Below are positions 61,819 to 64,000 of a stretch of DNA of 64,000 bases, piece by piece. Within the stretch, counting starts at the first letter, position 1. Every line of letters starts with the position of its first letter. The position numbers and the translations under genes were made by a program. The stretch comes from an uncultured delta proteobacterium (GTDB lineage: Bacteria; Myxococcota_A; Polyangia; Fen-1088). The stretch covers positions 1 to 64,000 of the forward strand of contig CAVTRY010000020.1 of assembly GCA_963737265.1 (NCBI GenBank), in the 5' to 3' direction. The notes beneath the pieces were generated by a model. That model was not told where the DNA came from. It worked only from the letters and a program-made list of their open reading frames with translations, and ran no database searches.

Positions 61819-62062
61819 CGCGCTCTCCCTCGACGCTATCGGCCGCATAGGCTAGTGCGGCACGCACGTCCCGTTCCTCGATTTCGTACGAGCGACAGAT
61901 TTTCTGGACGCCGGCGCCGTCAGCCAGGCCGCCAACGATCACCGCCACGGATACCCGCGAACCCTTGATGACCGGCTTGCCCGCGAGAACCTTCGGATCG
62001 ATGACGATATGATCACGCCAATCGTCCGGGGGAACGCGATGGGCTGTAGCTGTTCGAGCCAT
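61796..62062 (-). CDS. DUF433 antitoxin
   Basis: IVIDPKVLAGKPVIKGSRVSV...DVRAALAYAA. Confidence 0.9.
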   Translation of the reverse strand: MARTATAHRVPPDDWRDHIVIDPKVLAGKPVIKGSRVSVAVIVGGLADGAGVQKICRSYEIEERDVRAALAYAADSVEGERVVTLSRR

Positions 62063-62205
62063 GATGAACCTCTTTGGCGCTGACCAAAACCTGACCGTGG
62101 TGCACCTTGGCTCACGACCATGTGACTGGCCACCGCTTCTTTAGGGCTATGCCCCGCCATCGATTCCGTCAACGATGACGCCGCATTCGGCGAAGAAATG
62201 AGAAA

Positions 62206-62244
62206 GGCGCAGGTAAAAGCCCGTCTGAGACTTTCACCTGCACC
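62206..62244 (-). terminator. Hairpin downstream of cysK
   Basis: AGGCGCAGGTAAAAG...CTTTCACCTGCACCT imperfect inverted repeat followed by T-rich bases on the minus strand. Confidence 0.45.
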
Positions 62245-62271
62245 TATCTATGATGCGAATATCTCGGCGCG

Positions 62272-63258
62272 CTAGATCGTATCGCCCGCCTTGGCCTCGG
62301 CAACGCCGGCCAACGTACTTTCGAAGAGAGGACCAGACAGGTACCGCTCGCCAGAGTCTGGCAACACGACCACGATAGTCTTGCCGGCAAATTCGGGGAG
62401 GGCCGCAAGCCGCGCCGCCACCGCCGCCGCGGCACCGCCGCTGACCCCGGAAAGAATCCCCTCTTCAGAGGCCAGGCGTCGGGCAAAGGCTATCGAGTCG
62501 GCCGAATTGATCTGCTCGACCCGGTCCACCTCGGACAGGTCCAACGTCTTGGGAATAAAGCCCGCGCCGATGCCCTGGATCTTGTGGGGTCCCGGTTTGA
62601 TTTCTTGTTTGGCCAGGGCCTGCGTGATGACCGGGCTCTCCGTGGGCTCGACCGCCACGCTGATGATGGCCTTGTGTTTTTGCTTCTTGATGAAGCGCGA
62701 GACTCCCGTGATGGTTCCGCCCGTGCCAACGCCCGAGACCAGAATATCGATGGCGCCGTTGGTGTCTTCCCAAATTTCCGGGCCCGTGGTGGACTCGTGA
62801 ATGGCGGGATTGGCCGGGTTCTCGAATTGTTGGGGCAGGAAGTAGCGCTTGGGATCGGAATCGCGGATCTCGGTTGCCTTCTTCACCGCGCCGTTCATTC
62901 CCTTGGGCCCTTCGGTTAGCACGATGGTGGCGCCAAAGGCCTTGAGCACTTTGCGTCGCTCGATGCTCATGGTCTCTGGCATCACCAGGGTGAGCTTGTA
63001 GCCGCGCGCAGCGGCCACGAAGGCCAGGGCAATACCGGTGTTGCCCGAAGTCGGCTCGACGATTTCCACACCGGGCTTGAGCAGCCCCTTCTTCTCGGCA
63101 TCCCAGATCAACGCCGCGCCCAGGCGGCACTTGACCGAGTACGCCGGGTTTCGCCCCTCGATCTTGGCGAATACCTTGCTTCCCGCGGGCACGACACGGT
63201 TCAGTTGAATGAGCGGCGTGTGACCAATAGAGAGCGAGTTGTCTGTGAAACTGGCCAT
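62272..63258 (-). CDS. cysK: Cysteine synthase A
   Basis: [48 protein letters not shown]. Confidence 0.96.
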   Translation of the reverse strand: MASFTDNSLSIGHTPLIQLNRVVPAGSKVFAKIEGRNPAYSVKCRLGAALIWDAEKKGLLKPGVEIVEPTSGNTGIALAFVAAARGYKLTLVMPETMSIERRKVLKAFGATIVLTEGPKGMNGAVKKATEIRDSDPKRYFLPQQFENPANPAIHESTTGPEIWEDTNGAIDILVSGVGTGGTITGVSRFIKKQKHKAIISVAVEPTESPVITQALAKQEIKPGPHKIQGIGAGFIPKTLDLSEVDRVEQINSADSIAFARRLASEEGILSGVSGGAAAAVAARLAALPEFAGKTIVVVLPDSGERYLSGPLFESTLAGVAEAKAGDTI

Positions 63259-63619
63259 GAAATGTTCCCTTTCTCGAAGTTTTCTTCTGTTGCCACCAAG
63301 AACAGATCTTTTCTAGCAGACACGGCGCTTGTAAGCTAGACATTCCTTGGAATGGTGGCGCCATCGCGCAGAACCAGCGACTCGGGCACCGGGGTCAGCG
63401 CATCATCGCGCGAGCCAAAGATATTGGTGCCGCGCAGCTGGTGCTTGTGCCCTCGCGACAGATGTCATCCTCGCGACTATCGCCAATTGAAGTCCATCTA
63501 GCAAGACGCGCTTCCATTGTTAAAATGGACCACCCCTGCGCACCCAGTCCTGACGAGGTGCCGAAGTCCGTCAGCGCAGACTACTCGCGTGTGCGCGCGG
63601 GGACGGATAGAGTCCGGGA

Positions 63620-64000
63620 ATGTCCGCGCCAAAGAAGCCCGAAAGATCCAGCGGTCCGTTCTTGCTGCAACCCGTCGGTTGGGTTTCTTCACCGTACCAG
63701 CGGCGCTTCGGCACGCCTCAACAGGCGGCGGCGGTGGATTCCGACGTCGAGGCGGTGCTGGAGATGGACAGCGAGCGCATTCCGGCGACGGCGTTCGCCG
63801 ATCTGGTCGGCGTCGAACGAATTTGGGTCGTCAGTTGGCTTCATCGCGGCGGCACCTGGGCGCCCTTCGTGCGCCCGCCTCGTGGTACGCGCGCGCGTCG
63901 CAGTCTGTTCGCCACCCGCTCGCCCGACCGGCCCAATCCCGTTGGTTTGTCGGCCGTGCGCCTGCTGCGCGTCGACGGCTGCAACCTGCACGTGCGCGGC
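63620..64000 (+). CDS. tsaA: tRNA m6t6A37 methyltransferase TrmO/TsaA (runs off the window)
   Basis: Manual translation: PVGWVSSPY..RFGTPQQ...FATRSPDRPNPVGLS.V.L. Confidence 0.88.
   Translation, partial: MSAPKKPERSSGPFLLQPVGWVSSPYQRRFGTPQQAAAVDSDVEAVLEMDSERIPATAFADLVGVERIWVVSWLHRGGTWAPFVRPPRGTRARRSLFATRSPDRPNPVGLSAVRLLRVDGCNLHVRG

Overview
GC-rich accessory region of a Myxococcota-like bacterium, inferred from myxobacterial Cys-rich repeats, Gly/Ser/Thr-tethered lipoproteins and ECF sigma clusters. No rRNA, tRNA or CRISPR array is seen. Three layers are interleaved. (1) About a dozen mostly intact secreted or lipoprotein genes with low-complexity linkers and glycan-related or adhesive domains (2x DUF1080, esterase, GH2, GH79, GH5, beta-helix, Kazal, CBM3, fibro-slime, RCC1-like). 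(2) A dense mosaic of about 20 short unrelated gene fragments (HypE, Maf, RHS, ExbB, VgrG, integrase, ISL3, ISAzo13, broken PIN/HEPN toxin-antitoxin pairs). (3) Mobile DNA: an IS4-family and an ISAs1-family element with clear TIRs and target duplications, six IS91/ISCR-like oriIS ends, a roughly 100-bp module carrying a dif (XerC/D)-like site in whole and half copies, and two copies of a roughly 570-bp TIR-bounded element whose only gene is a GxxExxY nuclease. The best candidates for undescribed biology are the GxxExxY mini-element, the dif-like modules, apparent rolling-circle fragment capture, an exported caspase-like operon and an ECF sigma fused to a paralog of its downstream secreted protein. 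All family calls are by motif recognition only; no searches were run, and fragment boundaries are approximate.
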